The notes beneath the pieces were generated by a model. The model ran no database searches, was not told the origin of the DNA, and saw nothing but the letters and a program-made list of their open reading frames with translations. The position numbers and the translations under genes are program-made. 64,000 nucleotides of DNA. It comes from Azolla caroliniana (Eukaryota; Plantae; Polypodiophyta). Shown piece after piece: positions 49,191 through 61,471 of this stretch (its first letter is position 1; every line of letters begins with the position of its first letter). The DNA lies in contig JBHGNT010000018.1 in the NCBI GenBank assembly GCA_043228905.1, forward strand, positions 4,092,001-4,156,000, in the 5' to 3' direction.

Positions 49191-51900
49191 TTTTCGGCCT
49201 CGGCCGAGTTTGCTCATCAGTACTGTTTTTCTCACTTCCCATCCGGAGGGACTTGTTTCCTAACAAACTCCCCCTTCACTCCGGCATGGGATGTCTTACT
49301 AGTCCGACCCGCTTTCGACATGCATCCAGCTTGTTGGGTATCAATACTTTGGTCAACATATCTGACCCGTTCTCAGCCGTGGGGATCTTCGTTAGCGCGA
49401 ACTCCTGGTCATCTACTCTTTCCTAGATCCAGTGATACCTTCGTTGGATATGCTTCGTCCGGGAATGGTAGGCCGCATTCTTCGCAAGGTGGATGGCACT
49501 TTGACTGTCGCAATAGAGTAGGTATTCATCTTGCCGGATACCGAGCTTTCCGATGAAGTCCTTCATCCATAATATTTCCTTGCTCGCTTCCACAGCCGCC
49601 ATGTACTCCGCCTCCGTGGTTGACAACGTAACCGTCTTCTGCAGCCTCGACTGCCATGAAACAGCTCCCCCTGCATATGTCATTACATACTCGGATGTAG
49701 ACCGGCTGGTATCCACATCAGCCGACATGTTTGAATCGGTAAAACCGTCAAGTTGAGGTTTTCCGGAGCCAAATCAAAGACACATATTTGAAGTGCCCTT
49801 CGGTTACCGGAGTATCCATTTGACCGCGTTCCAGTGCTCCTTGCCGGGATTGCTCATAAACCGGCTCACCACTCCGACTACGTATCCTATATCTGGTCGG
49901 GTACATACCATTGCGTACATTAAGCTCCCGACGGCTGAGGCATATGGAACCTTCATCATATCAGCCTTCTCAGCTTTTGTCTTCGGGCTTTGCTTACCGG
50001 ATAATCTGCAGTTTGCCGGAAGTGTCGATCCGATCGGTTTCGCTTCTAACATGTTGAACCACTGAAGCACCTTTGTCACGTATTTCTCCTGTGACAGCCA
50101 CAGTTGCTTCGTTGGCCAGTTCCGGATGATATGCATCCCCAACATCTGTCTTGCCGGACCCAAGTCTTTCATTGAGAAGGTCCGGTTGAGAGCTTTCTTC
50201 AGCATCCGTATTTTGGCTTGGTCCCGTCCGATGATCAACATGTCGTCCACGTACAGAAGGAGTATCAGGAAGTCGCCTCCTTCGAACTTCTTCACAAACA
50301 CACAATGATCGGCCTACGTCTTGTGGTACCCTTCATCGGTCATGAAGGAGTCGAACTTCCAGTACCATTGTCGGGGAGACTGCTTCAGTCCGTACAGGCT
50401 CTTCTTCAACCGGCAAACCAGTTGCTCCTTTCCTTTCTCCATGAATCCTTCCGGTTGCTGCATGTAGATCTCCTCTTCGAGGTCACTGTGAAGGAATGTC
50501 GTCTTCACATCCAGCTGCTCTACCTCGAGGTCCATGCTTGCCGCTATACTCAGCACCATCCGGATGGAGGTCATCTTTACTACTGGGGGCAAATATCTCG
50601 TCAAAGTCCACGCCCTTCTTCTGCTGGAACCCCTTCACCACGATCTTGGCTTTGTATCTCGGGGGGTTGCCGGCATCTCCCGGTTTCAACTTGTACACCC
50701 ACTTGTTTCGGAATGCCCGCTTTCCTTTCGGCAACTCCACCAATTCGTACGTATGGTTCTCATGCAGGGAATCCATTTCATCCTGCATGGCACTTAACCA
50801 TTTTCGTCTGTGGATGTCATCCTTCGCTTCTTCGAAGCTTTCTGGCTCCCCCTCATTGGTTAGCAGCACATGCTCTGCATCCAGAAATCTCCGGGGGGCC
50901 CTTCTCTCTCTAAGAGGATATCTCCGTCTTTGGGCTTCGGTAACCGGCTCCTCCATTTGCTCTTCATCCGAATCCGATTCGGGGTCTTGGCCGGTTCCGG
51001 TTTCAGCTTCCTCTACTTCTTCTTCTGCCGGTTCAGTATCCTCACCGTAGTCGACTGGTTCCTCGAGTGCTAACCGGTCACTTATCGGTTGGGTCTGCTC
51101 ATTGTAGAATCGATCCTTACCAGTTGACTCGGAGTTCATTATCTTCTTCTCCAACTCCCAATCGGCAAGCATCTTGTCCTCCATGAAGATAATATCTCGA
51201 CTCCGGAATACCTTCTTGTCGATCGAGTCCCACACTCGGTAGCCGAACTCATCGTCGCCGTAACCGAGGAATATGCATGGCCGGGTCTTCGGATCTAGTT
51301 TCCCTCTCCGGTCCTTAGCTACATGCACATACACAAGACACCCGAATACCTTCAAATGCCGGTAGGACACTTCCTTACCGGTTCAGACTCTCTGTGCCGT
51401 GTCTCCGTCCAAGGGAACCGAGGGTGATCTGTTTATCACATATGTCGCCGTCGACAGTGCCTCAGCCCAAAACTTCTTGGGTAGTTTTGCATGCGCCAGC
51501 ATACTCCGGACCCTCTCCATTATGGTCCGGTTCATCATCTCGGCCAGCCCGTTGTCGCGTTGTTATGCGCGTGCGTGGAGAAAGGCGAGACCACGGGGGT
51601 CTCGAACTAGGGAGTGACGGAGCATAGGAAGTCGTGCTTCACCCTTTATAGGGCATCCCAGAAGCACACTGGAAGCAACCGAAGGGAGAGAGAGAAAGAG
51701 AGGGAGTGCGCGCTTGACATCGACTCACGCACACACACACACATAGGCCGACCTGACTCACGCTCTTATGTACAGGAAACGCAGGAAAGGGGAAGCACCC
51801 GACACCAACGGAGACACAAATATACACAGACAGACGCAAATGTAAGTATTACAAGGGAAAGAATACAATCCCAGCTTCGAGCCGGATCATGGTAGGGTAG

Positions 51901-52229
51901 TGTTGAGCAGTAAGTTCAACCGGAGCCGGATCGGCTAAATAAGCCGGAGCCGGTAAGCGAGACGGATCGGGCGAAACAGATCGGTATGACGGTGAGCAAC
52001 CGAACCGGCAAGCAGTGGAGGCCAGGTGCAGTCCGTAACCGGCAGTCCAATCGGAAGCCTAGAATAGGATAGACTACTAGGTATCTATAGTCTCGTAGTA
52101 AGTGTCAGATGCTTGTGTGAGCATTGAAGTACATGGTACTTCTGTCAGTCCCAAGAGGACTTGTATAAATAGTGCTACTTAGCACAGTGTGTATGCAGAG
52201 TCTTGATATAATTTTGAAATTACGTTCTG

Positions 52230-52267
<38 letters not shown>

Positions 52268-55200
52268 GTGTTGTTCTCTGTTTTACGCTTCCGCAAACAC
52301 TCACGTTTACATGGTATCAGAGCGCGAGGGTTGAGAACCTCTGCTGCAGACATTTAACTCTTGAGAAGAAAACCCTAACAGGTCGAAAACAGACACAGTA
52401 GAAGACATGGATAGAGGCATGGCTATGTCGCTCCCGGTGGAGAAGCTCGACAGGAGCAACTACGCATCCTGGTCTTACAAGATGCACCAGTACCTGCTTG
52501 GACACGGGTACCGGAGTTATGTCGAAGGAGCGAATGATGCGGCACCCGACTCGGCACACAAGGACTTCCCGGTATGGGAACAGGTGGCAAGCAGGGTGAT
52601 GTACTGCTTCGCGTCCAGTGTCGGCGATCAGTTGCTTAGCCACATCCGTGACGCCAAGACACCGAAGGATGCTTGGAGGAACCTGAAAAAGGTTTTCGCC
52701 ACAAGCACCACTGCCCGGAAGCTGCAATTCAGACAAGAGTTGAGCGCTGTTCGACAGAAGAACATGTCCATGGCAGACTACACGGGCCGGATAAAGGAGA
52801 TCTACGACTCGCTCGCCTCTATCAATGTTACCATAGAGGAAGACGAGATGGTGCAGGTATGTCTTGGAGGCCTGGTGTCCAAGTTCGGAGCATTCCGGAC
52901 TGCGGTGTGTACAAGGGAGAATACCCCCTCATTCTTCGACTTACAGTCGATGCTCCTTGTAGAGGAGAACCACGCCGGTGCATCTACCAGTGCATCCCCG
53001 GACAGCCGGATGCTGTACACGGGAACGGATCGGCACTATGGGCGTGGTGGAAGAGGTGGGTCAGCACGCAATGGAGGCGGCCGGCAAGAGCAGGAACGAA
53101 GGCACTATGAGTGTGCCGACAGCAGTTCCGGGACTTCCACAAGCAGGGGGAGTCAAGGCGGTGCCGGAGGCCGGCAAGACAAATCCGCTACGGAATGCTG
53201 GTACTATGGCAAAAGAGGCCACAAGGAAAGCGAGTGTTGGAGAAAGCATGCCGATTTGGACAAATCTGGATCCGGCAAGACCGGTAAGGATGGCCGGCAA
53301 AACTCGCACTACGCAAATGGATCAGGAGGATCCGGAACCGGGAAGGCCGGTAAGGGGCCAGCCTTGGTGATGAATCACAAGGCAAACTCAATGAAGAAGA
53401 CCACTTCCAAAACGGAGGAAGTGTGGTATGTTGATTCCGGCGCGTCGAACCACATGACGAGCCACAAGGAGTGGTTCTCCTTTCTGGACAAACCGGATCA
53501 ACCAGGAGTAGTCGAAACCGGAGACGACACACCACACCCAATCGTGCACGTCGGAGAAGTCCCTCTAAGCCATGTCCGACAAAAAGGGAAGCTGATGAAC
53601 GTATTACACGTTCCGACGATCACGAAGAACCTGGTGTCCGTCGGTCAGATTGTCGACCAAGGGATGCAGGTGCGGTTTACGCACCTCGGGTGCTTCATTG
53701 AAGATGAGGGCGAAGTCATTGCGCAAGGGCGCAAAGACGGGAGGATGTTTATCCTCAACACCAATGACATTGGCACCGCTCTGTTCGCGAAACGACAGAA
53801 GGTCGGGTCGGACATCGACCTATGGCACAAGCGGATAGGCCACGTCAACTACCGGAGGCTTCAAGACCTGCAAACGAAACAAGTCGTTTTCGGTTTGCCA
53901 AAGTTCAGCGGCCGGAGAGCTGAAATTTGTGAAGCTTGCCAACTTGGGAAGCAACACCGGCTTCCATTCCCCACCGAATGGAACCGGAGCCGTAACAAGC
54001 TCAATCTCATCCATTCGGATGTGTGGGGACCGGCACAAAGTGTAAGCCTTGGCGGGAGCCGGTACTTCGTCTCCTTCATCGACGACTATACTCGACATAC
54101 TTGGATCTACCTCATTGAGCGGAAGAGCGAAGTCTTCGACTGTTTCCGGAGCCTCCAGAAGATGGTGGAACGGGAATCGGAGAGGAAGATCAAATGCCTT
54201 CGGTCGGATGGCGGAAAGGAATATTTTTCCGGCCAATTCACTAGTTATCTGCAGCAGAAGGGAATTCGGCGAGAGTTCAGCTGCAGATACACACCAGAGC
54301 AAAATGGTGTGGCCGAAAGGAAGAACCGGACACTCATCGAAGCGGCAAGGACAATGTTGGAGGAGAAGAGCATGCCCCGGTTCTACTGGGCGGAGGCGGT
54401 CCAGACGTCCGTCTACATACAAAACCGAATTGGTGACAAGGTGTCAGCTCATGAGTTGTATTTCAGGCGCAAGCCGAACTTAAGACACCTTCGGATATTC
54501 GGTAGCCTAGCGTATGTGCATGTGCCGGATCAGAAGCGGAGGAAGCTAGATGCAAAATCAGAAAAATGCATCCTAGTCGGCTATGCTCAAGAGCAAAAGG
54601 GGTATAAGTGCTATAACCCCCGGACAAAGGAAGCCCGAGTTAGCCGGGATGTCGAGTTCGATGAATCGGCATCTTGGTACTCCGTACCGACTCCGACTTC
54701 CGATCCCGACCGAATGCCGGAAGATCAGGCCAGTGAGCCTGAATCAGCCTTGGAAGAGGATGATGAAGCCGGGACTCAAGATGAGAGTCCGGAATCGTTG
54801 CGGTTGAGTGGACCGAACGAGCGACTGAGTCGGTTGGACCAGTTAGATGAAGAGACGGCAAGTGGTGGAGACTCTGTCGTGCTCTCCCCGCGCAAGGAAC
54901 CAAGGAAACGGTTCACGCGCAAAGAGAAGGGGAAGAGGAAGATGCCGGAATTCGAAACCGGCAACGATGAGTCGGATCGGTGCGTATCCGACTCCGGAAA
55001 GGAGAAAAGCAGATCTTCGGCAACGAAGACCGAACTAGCCAAAAAGGGCCTCAAATCAGGTGACGGTGCGTTGCGCCGATCAACCCGTCAGAAGGATCCC
55101 GTCGTGCGGTACGGGTATAATGAATACATGGCGCATCATTATGCGTACATGACTAAGGTGACAGAAGTGCGCAAGCCAGAGAGCTACGCAGAAGCAGCAA

Positions 55201-57849
55201 AGGATGCAAATTGGCGTGCCGCTATGGACGAAGAAATGCGGGCACTCATGCCAACAAAACTTGGGACCTAGTTGATCCTCCCCGTCACTGTAAACCGATC
55301 GGATGCAAGTGGGTGTACAAGGTCAAGTACAACGCCGACGGTTCTGTTAACCGGTACAAAGCCCGGTTAGTGGCAAAGGGATACGCGCAAACCCACGGAA
55401 TCGACTACGACGAGACCTTCGCTCCTGTGGCGAAGATGATGACGGTTCGTGTGGTACTGGCAGTTGCTGCGGCAAGGGGGTGGCATCTTCACCAGATGGA
55501 TGTGAAGAACGCCTTCCTTCAAGGAGAGCTTGAAGAAGAAGTCTTTATGACTCAGCCCCCCGGATTTCAATCGGAGATGAACAAATCGGCGGTATGCTGA
55601 CTGAAGAAGTCGCTTTACGGCTTGAAGCAAGCCCCCCGAGCTTGGAACGCGAAGATCACGCACCGGTTGCGTAAGCTGGGGTTTGTTGTCTCTAAGTCGG
55701 ACTCTTCGTTGTTCATCCGGCAAGGCTCTGACGGTCCGGTATGTATACTCTTGTATGTGGATGATTTAGTCATCACCGGACCGGGTCTTCCGGAAATCAA
55801 CCACGTCAAGTCCCAGTTGTTGGACGCGTTCGAAATGAAGGACCTGGGGGACCTCCATTATTTTCTTGGGATCGAAGTGATCCGGACCCCCGACGGCATA
55901 TTGCTCTCACAACGACATTACGTGTTGAATATGCTGTATAAGTTCGGCATGTCGGATTGCCGACCTGTCTCCACACCCCTGGATCAGAACCAGAAGCTCC
56001 GTCCCAACTCCGGACCGGCCTGCAATGAGAAACGGTTCCGACAGGTTGTCGGAAGCCTGATCTACTTAACCATCACCCGACCCGACATCAGCTATCCGGT
56101 CGGCATGGTGAGTCAATTCATGCAGAAGCCGACCGTGGAGCACCTTCAGTGCGCGCAAAGAATATTATGGTATGTCAGCGGCACTAAGGACCGGGGACTG
56201 CTATACCGGCGAGGTATACCCGAAGACCTTGCCGGTTACACAAATGCTGACTGGGCCGGCGATGCGTCTGATCGCCGCTCCACTTCCGGATACATGTTCT
56301 CCATAGGTAGCGCAGCCGTTGCGTGGAGCAGCAAGAAGCAACCCACAGTGGCTTTGTCAAGCACTGAGGCTGAGTACCGGGCCGCTACCGTTGCCACTTG
56401 TGAAGCCATTTAGCTTCGACAACTACTGCGACACTTGCGGATCGAGGTGCCGACCCCGATCCCGATTTACTGCGACAACATGAGCAGCCTGCAGTTCGCC
56501 AAGAACCCTGTGTTCCATGCTCGCACAAAGCACATCGAGGTGCACTACCACTTCGTGCATGAGCGGGTCCTGAGCGGTGAAGTTGACCTACGGTATGTTC
56601 ATACGAATCGGCAAGTTGCCGACATCTTCACCAAGACGCTCGGATCGGACAAGTTGCAGCACTTTACCGACATGCTTGGTGTTCAGCATCTCGACGTGCC
56701 GCACTTGAGGGGGAGAAGCAAGGACAAAGTCTCTACCGAAACGGGCAAAGGCCAACAAACTGTTGAACCCGTCGGTAAGAGGAGAGCCGGAAGAAGAGGA
56801 GACAAGAAGATAAAGGAAGCCAAGTCGGCGAAGGAAGTCGACACATCCGAACAGGTCGGAGCAAGCGGCTGTGAAGAAGAGTTGTGCACTCAGGAAGAGA
56901 AGTGCAAGTTGTGCGGAGGTCATCACGACGGTACTGACCATGATGCGGAGTCGAATGAAGAATTCGATTTCAGTTCACCGGCTGAAGAAGCCGAGGGAAG
57001 CATGGAGAAGGCCAAGACACGGAAGTGGTCCGATGTGGTGAGAGGCTTGAAGCCGGAAGTCGAATCGGAGTGTACCGATTCGGACAAGAGCTGGAATGAG
57101 TCGGAGACAGCTGACTCGGATCAACAGATGGATCCGGATGAGTCGGATCGACTGAAGACCAAGGGGACACGGACACAGCGGAAGTCGATGCCATCGTGGG
57201 AGAACCGACGGATCGGCAAGCACCGGAGTCACAACAACGTAAGTGCTGAGATTGGCCTATTGAGCAGACATGCCGACCGAGAGGGTCGAGGCACGCAGAA
57301 CCAAAGGGGTCGCGGCAAATGGGACCGGACCGGACGAGGAGCGCGAGCAAGGCGGAGTGACGCCAGGAGGAGTCGGTTGAAAGAACCGACTGCCATAGAG
57401 GTCGACACTACGACCCCACCGTAGGTTGAGCTTGAGGGGGAGTGTTGAGCGGCAAGTTCAACCGGAGCCGGATCGGCGGAATAAGCCGGAGCCGGTAAGC
57501 GAGACGGATCGGGCGAAACGGATCGGTATGACGGTGAGCAACCGAACCGGCAAGCAGTGGAGGCCAGGTGCAGTCCGTAATCGGCAGTCCAATCGGAAGC
57601 CTAGAATAGGATAGACTACTAGGTATCTATAGTCTCATAGTAAGTGTCAGATGCTCGTGTGAGCATTGAAATACATGGATGGTACTTCTGTCAGTCCCAA
57701 GAGGACTTGTATAAATAGTGCTACTTAGCACAGTGTGTATGCAGAGTCTTGATATAATTTTGAAATTACGTTATGCTCTCTCTGTCTCTCTCTCTCTCTC
57801 TCTCTGTGTTGTTCTCTGTTTTACGCTTCCGCAAACACTCACGTTTACA
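51901..57849 (+). mobile_element. Near-intact full-length Ty1/copia element
   Basis: LTRs 51901-52311 and 57443-57849, TSD ggtag, Met PBS at 52312, PPT gagggggag. Confidence 0.96.
52407..57424 (+). pseudogene. Copia gag-pol polyprotein with a C-terminal extension (frameshift near 55249, stops at 55598 and 56411)
   Basis: Gag, PR (WYVDSGAS), INT (HKRIGH, CEAC, RSDGGKEY, QNGVAER), RT (YVDD), RH (ADIFTK). Confidence 0.92.
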
Positions 57850-60800
57850 GGTAGGTTACAGCAGCAGTCTGTTGCCAAGCCACCGCCCGGGGAGCTCTCG
57901 GGCTCGTCATGCGGAGCGGGGTCTTGCACATGAGACCTAGCGGAGACAGCCCTCAACGGTCGACCTCCCCGCACAGAAGAAGAAGAAGAAGAAGAAGAAA
58001 CCTAACTCTAAACCTAACGGTATACCCTCTAACGCAAAATGGGCAACCCTTTCACAAAGGGCGCTCCCTTCCTTTTATTGAACAAGGAGAGGGATGCGTT
58101 ACAATGTGGGATAAATTCCCACTTACATGGGATCGTCTGTCCCGACTTGTCTACTCTTCGGCACCATAAAGGCGCCCTCGTTATTCACACTAAATGTACA
58201 AGGGTGAGCACACGTGCTGCACCCCGCCGATGTAGCCAATGTTTCCCGGTTTCTGCCTTTGGCCGAAATTCTTCACGACACCGTTTAGTTCCGGCGTCTT
58301 CGGCACGATAAATTCGAGCCGGATTCCCTTCGAGCGACAATACTCCTCGAACTACCCCCAGTATTCACCTCCGTTATCTGCTCGAACCGCCTTCAGCTTC
58401 CGACTGATTTCTCTTTCCACTCTCGCGTGGAGCCACGTTAACTTCTTCCGGGCATAACCGGGCATTCATTAGGTACAACGTGTTGACCTTCCGGGCCCGA
58501 GCCACAATCAGGCTCCTTTTGCTGAACTTCATAACACCGTTCTGGATGCTATCCGTGTAGCCTTCATCATCTAGCCGACCAACTGATATCAGGTTCAGAC
58601 GAAGCTCCGGAACGTGTTGGACATCCTTCAGCAGCAGCTTGCATCCGATTGGCGTTGTCAACCACACGTCTCCTATGCCGACAATTCGGCATGTACCTTC
58701 ATTCCCCATCCGGACACAGTCGTGGTCACCGGCTGAGTAGGATGAGAAGTATTTCCGATCCGGGGTAAGGTGGAACGACGCTCCGGAGTCGACCACCCAT
58801 CTCATCTCGTCGCCGGCAAGGTTTAACTCACTCTCCTCGGTGATGAGCATCAACTCTTCTTCACTTGCCACGATTGCCGTCATTCCCTTCCGGTCCGGCC
58901 CCTCCAGTCTTTATCGTTTCGGTCGGTGTCCGCTTCGAATTGGTACCATCGGTTTCCTTGTCTTTTCGGAAGTGCCGACAGTTCTTCTGGAAGTGTCCCG
59001 GCTTGCCGCAATAGAAGCAAGTAGGCCTCCCCCTTGACTTTGACCGTGTCCCCGACTTTTCCCGGTTCTGGGGGCTACGGTTCCTTTGTCTTCCGCGTTC
59101 CGATTCGGTAAGGAGCGCTTTGGAGTCGGAGCTCATATCCTTATCTTTTCGATGCGCCTCCTCATCTAGCAAGCTCGACTTCCCTCTTGTTAGGGATAAC
59201 CGTTTCCCTTCCGGCCCGACGTTGCCCAAAGTCTCCCAACTATCTGGGAGGGAACCGAGCAGGAGTAGTGCTAGTACCTCATCGGTGAGAGGTACTTCCA
59301 ATGATGTTGCCTAGTGTATTAGCCCCTGGAAGGCATTCATGTGCTCCGCCATGCTGGAGCCATCTTGGTATCGGAGTCTTACTAGCTTCCGGAATACCGA
59401 AACCTAGTTAACAACATTTTTGTTCTGAAACATAATGTCGATCTTCTCCTAGAGCTGATGAGCCTTGCTCTCTTCATTGAAGTTGTTGTATAGGCTCATG
59501 TCGATGAAGCACCATATGTATGCCGTTGTCTTCATGTGCATCACCTCCCATATCGTGGCGTCGATTTTGTCCGGTCTCTTGTACCCAAACTGAACCGGCA
59601 ACCAAAGATCTTTAACGATGAGCACGTCCCTCATCTTCGACTTCCACATGGAATAGTTGGAGCCGGTGAGCTTGAACATGCCTCCCAACGATTCGTCCAT
59701 TTTCTGTGTCATTTCGCTCTGATACCACTTTGACAGGAACACATGCTCCCGATGAACAACGCTCGGCCACAACCGAGCCTAAGATAAAACACCGAAAACG
59801 GATAATGAACGCACGACACAATGAAGAGAAGAGTACACAGGATGTTAACGTGGAAAACCCAAACTAAGGAAAAAACCACGGCAGCCCACAAACTGCAAAC
59901 TATCACTATATCAGAATGTACAATAGTAGAGCACCGAGGCAACGACCTCGACCTTGCTATCTTCGCCATAGGCGGCGGTTACAATAGAGGTAACGACCTC
60001 TTCTTCTCTCTCTCCTTCTCTCTGTACTCTGTTACACGCTCTAATCTTGCGCCAACAAGAATGACAACAACATACTACAGTTCTCAGTTTGCCCTAAGTC
60101 ATATTTATACTAATATGACTTTTCAGCTATTTACAAATATAGCCCCGATGGACTCTCAGAAAACATATTTACAAATATGTCCCTTCATCCGGTGAGCACT
60201 TCTCGCCGAGCCTTCACCATCCAACTCTTGCCGGGTACTCGTCATCCGGTTCTCACCGGGTCTTCTGTAGCCGGGTACTCGTCATCCGGTTCTCACCGGG
60301 TCTTCCGTTGCTGGGTACTCCTCATCCGGTTCTCACCGGGTCATCCGTTGTTGGGTACTTCACATCCGGTTTCGGCCTCGGCCGAGTTTGCTTATCAGTA
60401 CTGTTCTTCTCACTTCCCATCCGGAGGGACCTGTTTCCTAACAGACAAGACTTTGTACTTTTTGAAAACTGTGGACATGAAGGATAGACGAGAATTGGGG
60501 ACTCTTCTCGAAGACGATACCCAAGCAAATGGGCTTGTGGCGGACTCGGTTGCGGTGAAGCGAGCATACAATAGGCTCGACAAGCGTCGTCAATGGGTTG
60601 ATGACACCGACTTGGTGGGATTGACTGTTGTGGAGAAAACGAGACAACCGAAAGTAGATGAGCTGCCCAAACAAAGTAACCCCGAAGGAAAGAAGATTGA
60701 TGACAACATCATAAAAGAACTGGCGAAGAAGTTCGAGATGGTTACGCTAGCCAACATGAATCGTCGAGGGCCAAAAGGAAAAGAACCCTTTAGATGCGTG

Positions 60801-61471
60801 TGGTGCGATGGCATGGACCACATGAGAAGAGATTGTTCGAGCCTTCGAGACGCCATTCGACAAAATATCGTGTACATAGATGACAATATGACCTGCTCGA
60901 GCGAGACTAGAAGACCCCTACGGGTGAATTTTGGAAGAGGAGGAATGAAGAAAGCTATGGAGGATGCCGATGCGACTCATGTGGATGCGATGCACTATGT
61001 TGCGTCGGCCGGAATAAGAGTCGGGAAAGACAAGACTGAAGCTGCTAGAGCGGGAGCAAAGGTTTGGACTTCCGTTCTCAAATATGAGAAGAAGGGAAAA
61101 GTCACTTCGAACAAAGTAGAGCTTGCGGATCGAAGTGTACAAAGTATAACCGGATGGTCGGATCCAGTGGATGACAACACCATACTCGCGGAGGTGATGT
61201 GCGACAACCACGAGGTGTTCGCCGAAGAAAAGAGAAAAAGAATAGAAGAGCATGGCCCATTAAAAAGACATGAAACAAGGAACGCGAAAAAGAAAGAAGA
61301 TGCGGAGACAAGTCGAGCTTTACAAATGGAGGAACGAGAATCAAGCCGAAAAGGAGAGCCGAGCATACGAGTCGAAGAAACCGTACGATCCATGAAGGTT
61401 GGTATCGAAGACCCCACTCGGAGGACAAGGGCTATGGCTACCTATAAGCTAAGGTCGGACATAGAGCAGAC

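Larger units (their letters stand above)
51553..58280 (-). mobile_element. Solo LTR related to the Trp-PBS gypsy family, split by a copia insertion
   Basis: TGTCG...CTTCACGACA with perfect 4-bp TSD ccgt. Removing it restores integrase TPELNGLAE. Confidence 0.87.
48477..60443 (-). mobile_element. Ty1/copia (Tnt1-like) element with both LTRs, carrying nested insertions
   Basis: LTRs 48477-49265 and 59731-60443, perfect TSD gacaa, Met PBS tggtatcagagc, gag CFYCGKPGHFQKNC, WVVDSGAS, RT/RH 49290-50900. Integrase N-terminal half is deleted near 58430. Confidence 0.94.
46760..61471 (+). mobile_element. Trp-PBS gypsy element (5' LTR 46760-47925, PBS from 47934, gag split 47947-48476 / 60444-61471)
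   Basis: TGTCGTGAAG...CTTCATGACA; tggtgaacccgacgtgaa; gag continues across the copia insertion (LEEDK/TLYFLK, CVWCDGMDHMRRDC). Confidence 0.87.
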
